A stretch of DNA of 54,641 nucleotides from Armatimonadota bacterium (GTDB lineage: Bacteria; Armatimonadota; Fimbriimonadia; Fimbriimonadales; GBS-DC), in contig JBBIJY010000020.1 of the NCBI GenBank assembly GCA_037445735.1, positions 1-54,641 of the forward strand, in the 5' to 3' direction. Both the position numbers and the translations under genes were made by a program. Shown here in pieces: positions 18,089 through 26,540 of the stretch; the stretch's first letter is position 1; each line of letters starts with the position of its first letter. Below the pieces are notes generated by a model that saw only the letters and a program-made list of their open reading frames with translations, was not told the DNA's origin and ran no database searches.

Positions 18089-19462
18089 ATGTTCAGCAAG
18101 ATATTGATAGCGAATCGGGGCGAGATCGCGGTGCGCGTCATTCGCGCCTGCCGCGAGATGGGCATCCGCACGGTCGCGGTCTACTCGGAAACCGACCGCG
18201 ACGCCCTGCATGTGCAGCTGGCGGATGAAGCTGTCTGCATCGGCGCGCCGCCCAGCAGCGAAAGCTACCTGAATATCCCGAACATCCTGATGGCGGCGAT
18301 TATCACGGGCGCGGAGGCAATCCATCCGGGCTACGGCTACCTGTCGGAGCGCAGCAGTTTTGCGGAGGCGTGCGAGGCGCAGGGCATCCGCTTCATTGGT
18401 CCGCCCCATACGGCGATTGCGCAGATGGGCGACAAGGCGTTAGCCCGCAAGATTGCGCAGCAGGCGAATGTGCCCGTGCTGCCGGGCACGCCCGATGCCA
18501 TCCGCTCGGAAGAGGAAGCGCTCCGCGCCGCTGCCCAGATCGGCTTCCCGCTGCTCATCAAGGCGGCGGCGGGTGGCGGCGGACGCGGCATCCGACGGGT
18601 CAACACCGAAGAGGAACTTCTGCCCGCGCTGCGGATTGCCCAGTCCGAAGCGCAAGCCGCCTTCGGCTCGCCCGATGTCTATCTGGAAAAATATGTTCCT
18701 GAACCGCGCCATATCGAAGTGCAGGTGTTAGCCGATTCGCACGGCAACACGCTCTATCTGTACGAGCGCGAATGCTCCCTGCAGACGCCGCGCCACCAGA
18801 AGATGGTGGAGGAGGCGCCCGCGCCCCATGTGGACGCCCGCACCCGCCGCGCGCTGGGCGAAGCCGCGGTCAGGGTCGCCCGCGCCGTCGGCTACCAGAA
18901 CGCCGGCACCGTCGAGTTCCTGATGGATCAGGAGGGCAACTTCTACTTTATCGAGATGAACACGCGCCTGCAGGTGGAGCACCCCGTGACGGAGCAGATA
19001 ACGGGCATCGATATCGTGCAGTGGCAGATTCGCATCGCGGCGGGCGAGCAGCTGCCCTTCAAGCAGAGCGAGATACCGCTGAACGGGCACGCGATCGAGG
19101 CGCGCCTGACCGCCGAAATCCCCGAACACGACTTCACGCCCTCCACCGGGCGACTGAGCGAATGGACGCCGCCGGGCGGCCCCGGCGTGCGCGTCGACAG
19201 CCACCTGTACACGGGCTACAGCATTCCGCCCTACTATGACCCCCTGCTGGCGAAGATTATTGTGCATGCGCCCACGCGCGCGGAGGCGGTGGCGCGACTG
19301 ACGCGTGCGCTGCACGAGGTGCGCATCGCGGGCGTGCAGACCACGCGCGATTTCCTGCTGCGCCTTATTCAGACGCCCGAATATCAGGAGGGGCGCGTGT
19401 CGACGCCGTTCGTGCCCCGACTGCTGCGTGGCTATGTGCCCACTGGAGGTGGTGTGCGATGA
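18089..19462 (+). CDS. accC: Acetyl-CoA carboxylase biotin carboxylase
   Basis: KILIANRGEIA, HPGYG, GGGGRG, ERECS, EMNTRLQVEHPVTE, PPYYD. Confidence 0.96.
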   Translation: MFSKILIANRGEIAVRVIRACREMGIRTVAVYSETDRDALHVQLADEAVCIGAPPSSESYLNIPNILMAAIITGAEAIHPGYGYLSERSSFAEACEAQGIRFIGPPHTAIAQMGDKALARKIAQQANVPVLPGTPDAIRSEEEALRAAAQIGFPLLIKAAAGGGGRGIRRVNTEEELLPALRIAQSEAQAAFGSPDVYLEKYVPEPRHIEVQVLADSHGNTLYLYERECSLQTPRHQKMVEEAPAPHVDARTRRALGEAAVRVARAVGYQNAGTVEFLMDQEGNFYFIEMNTRLQVEHPVTEQITGIDIVQWQIRIAAGEQLPFKQSEIPLNGHAIEARLTAEIPEHDFTPSTGRLSEWTPPGGPGVRVDSHLYTGYSIPPYYDPLLAKIIVHAPTRAEAVARLTRALHEVRIAGVQTTRDFLLRLIQTPEYQEGRVSTPFVPRLLRGYVPTGGGVR

Positions 19463-19902
19463 GCGCCGATTCGCCCCGTGAGGTCTCTCCGCGTCGGCTG
19501 GCACGCGAATGGGCTTTGCGCGCCCTCTATCAAATTGAGGTGGGGCGCGGCGAGCCGCAGACCGTCATCGAAGAGGTGCTGGAGGTTGCCCAGCTGGAGC
19601 CGGGCATCGCCCGCTACATGCGCGAGCTGGTGGAGGGCGTGCTGACCTATCAAGCCACCGAGCTGGACCCGCTGATCGAGCAGTTCGCGCGCGGCTGGAC
19701 CATCGACCGCATGCCCGTGATTGACCGCAACATCCTGCGCATGGCGATTTACGAGCTGCGCTATAAGCCGAATGTGCCCAGCCGCGTGATAGTGAACGAG
19801 GCGGTGGAGTTAGCCAAAAAATACAGCACCGCCGAATCGGGACGCTTCGTGAACGGGCTGCTGCGCACCGCCTCTCAGGCTATCCGCGGGTCCGAAACCT
19901 GA
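19459..19902 (+). CDS. nusB: Transcription antitermination factor NusB
   Basis: RRLAREWALRALYQ, DRNILR, NEAVELAKKY, FVNGLL. Confidence 0.96.
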   Translation: MSADSPREVSPRRLAREWALRALYQIEVGRGEPQTVIEEVLEVAQLEPGIARYMRELVEGVLTYQATELDPLIEQFARGWTIDRMPVIDRNILRMAIYELRYKPNVPSRVIVNEAVELAKKYSTAESGRFVNGLLRTASQAIRGSET

Positions 19903-19956
19903 TTTTTGCGCGAAATTCCCAAAAACTTGCTTTTTGCGCAAAATTCCGGGTATAAT
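19903..19956 (+). promoter_or_regulatory. Promoter (TTGCTT-N18-TATAAT) overlapped by two palindromic operator-like boxes
   Basis: TTTTTGCGCGAAATTCC (19903-19919) and TTTTTGCGCAAAATTCC (19931-19947); TATAAT at 19951-19956. Confidence 0.55.
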
Positions 19957-19997
19957 TGGGTGCCGTGCCGCATTAAGCATCATGAGGTACCAAAACA

Positions 19998-20855
19998 ATG
20001 CGCTACACAACGACGGAGTGGACCGATGTGCGCTCAGACGCACTGCATGACGGCAGCAACGGCTCCGCGCAGAGCCACCAACCTGTTGAAGTATCGATGA
20101 ACCCGCGCGGTTCGTCCCGACCCTGGATTCGTCGCCTGCTGGGGCTGGCGATCAGCATCACCCTGTGTTTCACGGTGGCGACCGCTGTGCTGCATGCACA
20201 GCAGGAGTGCGCCCTGGCAGATGTGAACGGCGATGGCGTGGTGGACGATGCCGACTTGCTAACTGTGTTGTTCTGCTTCGGCACCGAGACACGACCGACC
20301 GTACCCGATCTCAACCATCTGCTGCGAGCGCGCCTGCCACAGGCGTTCCCGCCACGCTTCCCGGCCGCGCCCGATGTGCCGTTTGACGGCGGCACGGCTG
20401 CCTTCGCCAGCACACGCCCGACAACTGCCGACTCCTTCTTTGATGTGTTTGTTGCATGGAACACACGGGAAGACTTCTGGCAGTTTGAGGTGCCGCAAAT
20501 CGCGCAAGGGCTGATCGTGGGCGCGGTGTATCTCCCGGAGGGGCTGGCTCCTACCGGGGAACCCATCCGTGAGGGCTTCTACCTGGTACGCATGCGCTCA
20601 CCCGATGGTGGCAATGAGTGGCTGACAGACCTGCTGGATGCACGCACGGGGCAACTTGTTGCTGCGAATCTACCCGCAGCTGCGCGCCGGGTGATCCGAA
20701 TCCGCATCCCTGGTACACGCAACGACATCGCCATCAAGATCGGGCCCAACCCCAACAATCCGCAGGGCTTCTGTGTGCAGATCTGGCTGAGCTATCTGTG
20801 CACGAACGGTCTCTGGCTGGACCAGGTGCTGATCTGGCAGCGGTGCTTCCCGTAG
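19998..20855 (+). CDS. Secreted protein with an N-terminal dockerin-like (EF-hand) repeat
   Basis: Signal-like LLGLAISITLCFTVATAVLHA, then CALADVNGDGVVDDADLLTVLFCFG; DSFFDVFV motif. The start could instead be 20097. Confidence 0.7.
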   Translation: MRYTTTEWTDVRSDALHDGSNGSAQSHQPVEVSMNPRGSSRPWIRRLLGLAISITLCFTVATAVLHAQQECALADVNGDGVVDDADLLTVLFCFGTETRPTVPDLNHLLRARLPQAFPPRFPAAPDVPFDGGTAAFASTRPTTADSFFDVFVAWNTREDFWQFEVPQIAQGLIVGAVYLPEGLAPTGEPIREGFYLVRMRSPDGGNEWLTDLLDARTGQLVAANLPAAARRVIRIRIPGTRNDIAIKIGPNPNNPQGFCVQIWLSYLCTNGLWLDQVLIWQRCFP

Positions 20856-20879
20856 AGCGCAGCGCAGTGTAGCTCGTCA

Positions 20880-20915
20880 AGGGGGCAGGTCGCGCAACCT
20901 GCCCCCTGCTTTGTT
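20880..20915 (+). terminator. Intrinsic terminator between convergent genes
   Basis: GGGGGCAGGT-cgcgca-ACCTGCCCCC followed by TGCTTTGTT. Confidence 0.7.
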
Positions 20916-20918
20916 ATC

Positions 20919-22226
20919 TCACCACCAGCCCCAGCCTTTGCGGTAGGGCGGGCGAATGTACCGCTCGGCTTCTGGCGTGCTGGTCACGTGACCCTGCCGA
21001 CCATCATAGCTGATTTTCTGCCCCACACGGAACGCCACATTGCCCAGCAGCACCGCTTCGGTGAGCATGGTGGCGTACTCGAAGTTGCTGAAGGTAGGGC
21101 TGCCCGTCTTGCACGCCTGAATCCATTCGGCATGATGTCCTGCAGGCGCGCGCGGGATGCTGGGCGCGGGCGGCTGAAAGCTGGCGAACTTCGCCTGCGG
21201 GAATAGAAAGCAGCGGTCGGCGTGCGGGAAGTAGATCACGCCCTGCTCGCCCACGAAGAGGGTTCCGTTGGGCGCGAGCGGCTTGCCCTCCACCAGCTCG
21301 TTGCTGGGCTTGCGCCCGCCATCGTACCAGATGAGGCGCACGGGTGGCATCCCCTTGCGGGCAGGGAACTCATAACGCACGATGCTCCATCGGGGCCCCG
21401 ATTCGGGATGGCGCGGCTCGCCCTCCGCCTCCACGCTCACGGGCAGACCCAGCTCCAGCGCCCAGTACGCCGTGTCGATGATATGGCAGCCCATATCGCC
21501 CAGCGCGCCCGTGCCGAAGTCCCACCAGCCGCGCCATGCGAACGGATGATAGGCGGGATGATAGGGTCGCGCAGGCGCAGGACCCAGCCACAAATCCCAG
21601 AAGAGCGTGCTGGGCACGGGCGGCGTGTCGGTCGGGCGGTCGATGCCCTGCGGCCAGATGGGGCGGTCGGTCCAGCAGTGCACCTCGCGAATCGCGCCGA
21701 TCACGCCGGAGCGCACAATCTCCACCGCCTGACGCAGGTTGTCCGAAGCGTGCGCCTGATTGCCCATCTGGGTGGCGACCCTCGCGCGCCGCGCCGCCTC
21801 GCGCACCATTCGCGCCTCCCACACCGAATGCACCAGCGGCTTCTCGCAATAGACATGCTTGCCCAGCTGGAGCGCGATCAGGGTGGGGAGCGCGTGTGAA
21901 TGATCGGGCGTGCTGATGACCACCGCGTCGATATCGCGCGCCCTGTCGAACAGGCGACGGTAATCGACATAGAGTCGAGCCTTCGGAAATAGCTGGGCAG
22001 CGGGCGCAAGTCGCTCCAGGTCCACATCGCAGAGGGCAACGATGTTCTCGCTGCTGACCGCCTGCAGATTGTCCCAGCCGCGTCCGCCGGTGCCGATAAT
22101 CGCGATATTGAGCCTGTCGTTGGGCGATTGACCCCTGCCGAAGCCGCTCTTGAGAAAGAGCAGCCCCATGCCTGCCGTCAGCGTCTGCTTCAGAAACTCT
22201 CGCCGCGTCGTCCGATGCGCTTCCAT
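20919..22226 (-). CDS. Tat-exported Gfo/Idh/MocA oxidoreductase
   Basis: TRREFLK Tat motif; IAIIGTGGRG, STPDHSH, HVYCEKP, GDMGCH. Confidence 0.92.
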   Translation of the reverse strand: MEAHRTTRREFLKQTLTAGMGLLFLKSGFGRGQSPNDRLNIAIIGTGGRGWDNLQAVSSENIVALCDVDLERLAPAAQLFPKARLYVDYRRLFDRARDIDAVVISTPDHSHALPTLIALQLGKHVYCEKPLVHSVWEARMVREAARRARVATQMGNQAHASDNLRQAVEIVRSGVIGAIREVHCWTDRPIWPQGIDRPTDTPPVPSTLFWDLWLGPAPARPYHPAYHPFAWRGWWDFGTGALGDMGCHIIDTAYWALELGLPVSVEAEGEPRHPESGPRWSIVRYEFPARKGMPPVRLIWYDGGRKPSNELVEGKPLAPNGTLFVGEQGVIYFPHADRCFLFPQAKFASFQPPAPSIPRAPAGHHAEWIQACKTGSPTFSNFEYATMLTEAVLLGNVAFRVGQKISYDGRQGHVTSTPEAERYIRPPYRKGWGWW

Positions 22227-22327
22227 AGCACCTCGCAGAGTTCGCCTCGCGGCGCCCTGTTCCTGCTCGATTTCATGGCGGGAGCCGTTGCTGCGGGTAT
22301 ACTTTCCTGTGGAGGCGGAATGCGTGA

Positions 22328-23476
22328 ATGAGAGCGGTTCTGATTAATCGGCTGATTCTGTTATTTGCCGGGCTGGGCATGGTGATTGCGGGGCTGTTAT
22401 GGGTATCGCATTCGACGGGCTATGCGCTGCCCTGCACGGGCACGGGCTGTGATGTGGTGGCGCGCTCGCCCTATGCCCGCTTTTTAGGGATTCCGACGGC
22501 GGCGTACGGCTTCTTCTACTTCGGGCTGCTGGTGCTGCTAACGCTGTCGCGCCTGCAATATCCGGAGCAGTGGTCGCTCTACGCGCGTTTGCTAACGGCG
22601 TTCAGCACGCTGGGGATGCTCGCTTTTGCCTATCTGACCTATTTGCAGCTTGTGGTGCTGGGGCTGTATGCGAAGGGCAGCCCCTGCTGGTGGTGTTTAG
22701 GCGCGGCGGGCTCGAATCTGATCGTGTGGCTACTGTCGCTGCTGGGGCTGCGCACCGTGCCCACCGAGGACGCAGGCTGGGGGCACGAACTGCTCAAAGC
22801 CATCATGCTGACCCTGCTGCTAATGGTGGCGGGCGTCGCATTTGGCGCATGGCAGTGGACACGCGCCAACAAGCCCACCGTTGTCGACGCCGATCAGGTA
22901 CGGCTCAAAAAGCTCTATCTGGATGGGCAGGGCTGGCGAAGGGGCAACCCGAATGCACCCCTGATTATTGTGGAGTTCTCCGACTTCCAGTGCCCCGCCT
23001 GTAAGCAAGCCTACGACATTCTGGAGAAGCAGTTCCTGCCGAAGTATGGCGACAGGGTGCTGTTCATCTTCCGCCACTACCCGCTCACCAATCTCCACCC
23101 GATGGCATGGATAGCCGCGTCCGCGGCGGAAGAGGCGGGCGCACAGGGCAAGTTCTGGGAAATGTACCACGCCCTGTTCCAGAACCAGCAGGAGATGACA
23201 CCCAGAAACATCGAACAGATTGCTAAACGGCTGGGACTGGACAGCCAGAAAGTGGCGCAGGCGATGCAAAACGAAGATATCTATTTCAAAAAAATCTTTC
23301 GTGACCTTTCCGAAGGCTCGGAGCTGGGAGTGAACTCCACACCCAGCTTCATCGTGGTGTATAGAGGCAAGATTCACACGGCACGCGGGATGGGCGCACT
23401 GATCAGCACGCTCAACAGCCCCGAAATCCAGGCATATCTCGGCGAACGCTTCGAACCGAAACTCGCCACCGAATAA
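22328..23476 (+). CDS. VKOR-DsbA (thioredoxin) fusion for disulfide bond formation
   Basis: VKOR part CTGTGCDVVARSPYA...CWWC; DsbA part IVEFSDFQCPAC, FRHYPL, GVNSTPSF. Confidence 0.9.
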   Translation: MRAVLINRLILLFAGLGMVIAGLLWVSHSTGYALPCTGTGCDVVARSPYARFLGIPTAAYGFFYFGLLVLLTLSRLQYPEQWSLYARLLTAFSTLGMLAFAYLTYLQLVVLGLYAKGSPCWWCLGAAGSNLIVWLLSLLGLRTVPTEDAGWGHELLKAIMLTLLLMVAGVAFGAWQWTRANKPTVVDADQVRLKKLYLDGQGWRRGNPNAPLIIVEFSDFQCPACKQAYDILEKQFLPKYGDRVLFIFRHYPLTNLHPMAWIAASAAEEAGAQGKFWEMYHALFQNQQEMTPRNIEQIAKRLGLDSQKVAQAMQNEDIYFKKIFRDLSEGSELGVNSTPSFIVVYRGKIHTARGMGALISTLNSPEIQAYLGERFEPKLATE

Positions 23477-23480
23477 GAAA

Positions 23481-23629
23481 AACCCTCTCCCCAGTGGGGA
23501 GAGGGTATGGGTGAGGGGTAAAAACCAGATTGCCCTCTCCCCAGCGGGGAGAGGGTACGGGTGAGGGGCAAAAATACCCCCGATCACCCCTCTCCCACAG
23601 CGTGGGAGAGGGGCAGGGGGTGAGGGGCA
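23481..23629. repeat. Intergenic palindromic repeat cluster
   Basis: Three CCCTCTCCC..GGGAGAGGG..GGGTGAGGGG units. Confidence 0.9.
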
Positions 23630-23633
23630 AAAA

Positions 23634-24902
23634 ATGGCAATACGATACTCGGCACCGCGTGGCACGCAGGACATCCTGCCCGACACGAGCCACCTGTGGC
23701 TCTATCTGGAGAGCCAGTGGCGCGAGATTTGCACGCGCTACGGCTATCGCGAGATTCGCACGCCTATCTTCGAAGAGACCGAGCTGTTCATTCGCAGCAT
23801 CGGTGAGGTCACCGATATTGTCTCCAAAGAGATGTACACTTTCAGGGATCGGGCAGGGCGCAGCCTGACGCTCAAGCCGGAGGGCACCGCGCCCGTCGTG
23901 CGCGCCTATCTGGAGCATAACCTGCACACCACAGGGGGTGTTGTGCGACTGTTCTACATCACGCCGATTTTCCGCTACGAGCGCCCGCAAAAAGGTCGCT
24001 ATCGGCAGGCGCATCAGTTTGGTGCGGAGATTCTGGGCGCCGCCGCGCCGATGGCGGATGCCGAACTGCTCGCGATGGTGATGCACTTCTTCCACGCGCT
24101 GGGCATCCCCGACGAGCGCATCGAGCTGCACCTCAACACGATTGGCTGTCCGAAGTGCCGACCTGCCTATCGCGATGCGCTTCAGGCGTTCGGGCGGGCG
24201 AATCTGGTGCAGCTCTGCCGCGCCTGTCAGGAGCGCGTGGAGCGCAATCCTCTGCGCATGCTGGATTGCAAGGAGCCAGCGTGCCAGAAGGTGCTGGCGA
24301 ACGCGCCCACGATCGACCCCTATCTGTGTGAGGAGTGCCGCGCGCACTTCGAGGAGCTGCAGACGCTGCTCAAGCGGCTCGATGTGCCCTCTGTGCGCGA
24401 CCACCGGCTGGTGCGCGGATTCGACTATTACACGCGCACCACTTTTGAGGTGCAGGCGCAGGGGCTGGGGGCGCAGAACGCGCTGTGCGGCGGTGGTCGC
24501 TATGACGGGCTGGTGGAGGAGTGTGGCGGACCGCCCACGCCCGCGCTGGGCGTCGGCATCGGCATCGAGCGCACGCTGATGGTGCTGCAGGCGCTGGGCG
24601 CGCCCCTGCCAGAAGCGCCCCGACCGTTCGTGTTCGTGATTGCGGTGGGCGATTCGGCGCGTCCCGCCGCCCTGCAACTTGCGCAGCAGCTGCGCCTTGC
24701 CGGCATCGCCACCGATTTAGACCTTGGAGGGCGCAGCCTCAAAGCCCAGATGCGCCTTGCCGACCGCTCCGGCGCCCGCTACGCGCTGATCCTGGGCGAC
24801 GCCGAACTCGCGACGGAGACCGTCACCCTGCGCGATTTGCAAACCCACGAACAGCGCACCCTCGCCCAGCACGACCTGCTCAAAGCCCTCCTTCAGCACT
24901 GA
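23634..24902 (+). CDS. hisS: Histidine--tRNA ligase
   Basis: PRGTQD, TPIFE, KEMYTF, FRYERPQKGRYRQ, LVRGFDYY, GGGRYDGL. Confidence 0.97.
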   Translation: MAIRYSAPRGTQDILPDTSHLWLYLESQWREICTRYGYREIRTPIFEETELFIRSIGEVTDIVSKEMYTFRDRAGRSLTLKPEGTAPVVRAYLEHNLHTTGGVVRLFYITPIFRYERPQKGRYRQAHQFGAEILGAAAPMADAELLAMVMHFFHALGIPDERIELHLNTIGCPKCRPAYRDALQAFGRANLVQLCRACQERVERNPLRMLDCKEPACQKVLANAPTIDPYLCEECRAHFEELQTLLKRLDVPSVRDHRLVRGFDYYTRTTFEVQAQGLGAQNALCGGGRYDGLVEECGGPPTPALGVGIGIERTLMVLQALGAPLPEAPRPFVFVIAVGDSARPAALQLAQQLRLAGIATDLDLGGRSLKAQMRLADRSGARYALILGDAELATETVTLRDLQTHEQRTLAQHDLLKALLQH

Positions 24903-26449
24903 GCACCGAAGTTGAACAGCACAGCGAGCAGGTCGGTGTCGTCCACCACACCGTCCCGATTCACATCGGCAGCCAGATTCGAGCCGTTCTGCCCGAAGGC
25001 GAACAGCACCTCCAGCAGGTCGGCATCATCGATGCGCCCATCGCCGTTCACATCGCCCGCCCGCAGCGTGAGATTCAGCGTGGTGGTCTGTCCGTAGGCG
25101 AAGCTGAGGTTCTGGGCACGCGCGCACAGCGTGCCGGGCGCCGACACCACCAGATTGTAGGTGCCGCGCCGCACATCCGTGATGCGGTACTGCCCACCGG
25201 AATCGGGTGTGGCGGTATAGGTCGCAACCGTCTGCCCATCCGACGGGCGACGGAACTCCACGCGGAAGCTGAACCCCTGCGGGATCTGGGGCAAGCCAGC
25301 GACCTGCACCGTGCCCGCCAGCACGGGCACCTCCAGCGCCAGTATCCAGAAGCCCGTCTGAATATCGCCCGCCAGAATGCGGTCGTCGCCCAGATAGGGA
25401 TAGACCGACCAGCAACCGTTGTAGCCTGTGGCGCCCGTATAGGGCGAGGTGTCGAAACTGGCGACCCACTCGAAGCGTTTCGTGTCAGGGTTGATTTCGA
25501 ACACCTGCACGCCCGCCTCGTACCACGAGACATAGACGCGATTGCCCTTGACGAAGGGCTGATGGGCGCTGGTGGCGCGCGAGGTGGGCAGGGCGAAGCT
25601 ATCCCGCAGCACGATGTCCAGCCCACCACTGCTGTTCGGGATCGCTTCATAGAGCTTGATGCCACCGCCAGTGAACTCTTCTGCCGTCACGATGAATCGC
25701 CCATCTTCGGACGGCACAGCGGAGTGGGTGGAGTTGCCCGGCGCCGAGCCGAGCAGGCGCGGCGGCTGAGTCGCCACATTGCTCACATCGTAGACCCACA
25801 CACCGCTGTCCCACGCCGACGCATAGAGGCGACCGTTGCGGGCGTACACCTCATGCACAAAGCTGGAACCCACATTCTGCACATGCCATGTGGGTGTGGT
25901 GATGGTGCCGAACGGCGCGGCGTCAGGCGTGAGCCAGCGCAGGTCAATCACCGCAAACTCCGGGCGACGGCTGTTCGCCAGATAGAGAAAGCGCGAATCG
26001 GGATCGTACGAAAGGGTGTGCACTCGTCGAAAGTTGGGCACGTTAATGTTGCCCAGATAGCGCGGGTTGTACGGATCCCGCACATCGGCAACGAAGGCGC
26101 CATCGGAACCGCTGGCAACCGTCTCGTTGCCCGTGAACAGCAGCCCGTTGCTCGCCTGCACATCCTCCGGACCCGACTGATTGCCCGGCGGCGGAATGTA
26201 ATAGATGCTCGCCAGCACAGGCGCGTCGGGATTGAGAATGTCCAGAATGGTAACCTGAGCAGGTCCACCGCCACGCTGGTAATGGGCACCGAACAGGAAG
26301 TGTCCGTCGCCCCACACATCGGCACAGGGCACCGAAGAGATCCAGCGCGCCCGCATATGCATATTCACAGGCGGCTCCTGACCGTGCCCCATTCCATAAA
26401 GAATCAGCACCAGCACAAACAGCCATTCAGAACGCCTGGTGATTGCCAT
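24893..26449 (-). CDS. Secreted LVIVD-repeat beta-propeller with carboxypeptidase-regulatory-like and C-terminal dockerin-like domains
   Basis: Repeated ILDILNPDAP, VADVRDPYNP and VYDVSN blades; His-rich VHT, VHE, THS and AHQ motifs; two DVNxDGxxDDxDLLxVLFxFG repeats. Confidence 0.8.
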   Translation of the reverse strand: MAITRRSEWLFVLVLILYGMGHGQEPPVNMHMRARWISSVPCADVWGDGHFLFGAHYQRGGGPAQVTILDILNPDAPVLASIYYIPPPGNQSGPEDVQASNGLLFTGNETVASGSDGAFVADVRDPYNPRYLGNINVPNFRRVHTLSYDPDSRFLYLANSRRPEFAVIDLRWLTPDAAPFGTITTPTWHVQNVGSSFVHEVYARNGRLYASAWDSGVWVYDVSNVATQPPRLLGSAPGNSTHSAVPSEDGRFIVTAEEFTGGGIKLYEAIPNSSGGLDIVLRDSFALPTSRATSAHQPFVKGNRVYVSWYEAGVQVFEINPDTKRFEWVASFDTSPYTGATGYNGCWSVYPYLGDDRILAGDIQTGFWILALEVPVLAGTVQVAGLPQIPQGFSFRVEFRRPSDGQTVATYTATPDSGGQYRITDVRRGTYNLVVSAPGTLCARAQNLSFAYGQTTTLNLTLRAGDVNGDGRIDDADLLEVLFAFGQNGSNLAADVNRDGVVDDTDLLAVLFNFGAQC

Positions 26450-26504
26450 AACGATTCACCCCAATCGAGATTCACCTGACACCGAGCGGTTTCCTGCCTG
26501 AAAG

Positions 26505-26534
26505 GGGTTGTGCCGCGTGTGAGCGGCACAACCC
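26505..26534. terminator. 12-bp intergenic hairpin (terminator or stabiliser)
   Basis: GGGTTGTGCCGC-gtgtga-GCGGCACAACCC. Confidence 0.5.
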
Positions 26535-26540
26535 ATCGCT

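Noticed and set aside
24521-26479. 652-aa plus-strand ORF
   Set aside because: It is antisense to the LVIVD/dockerin gene, overlaps hisS out of frame, and has no motifs.
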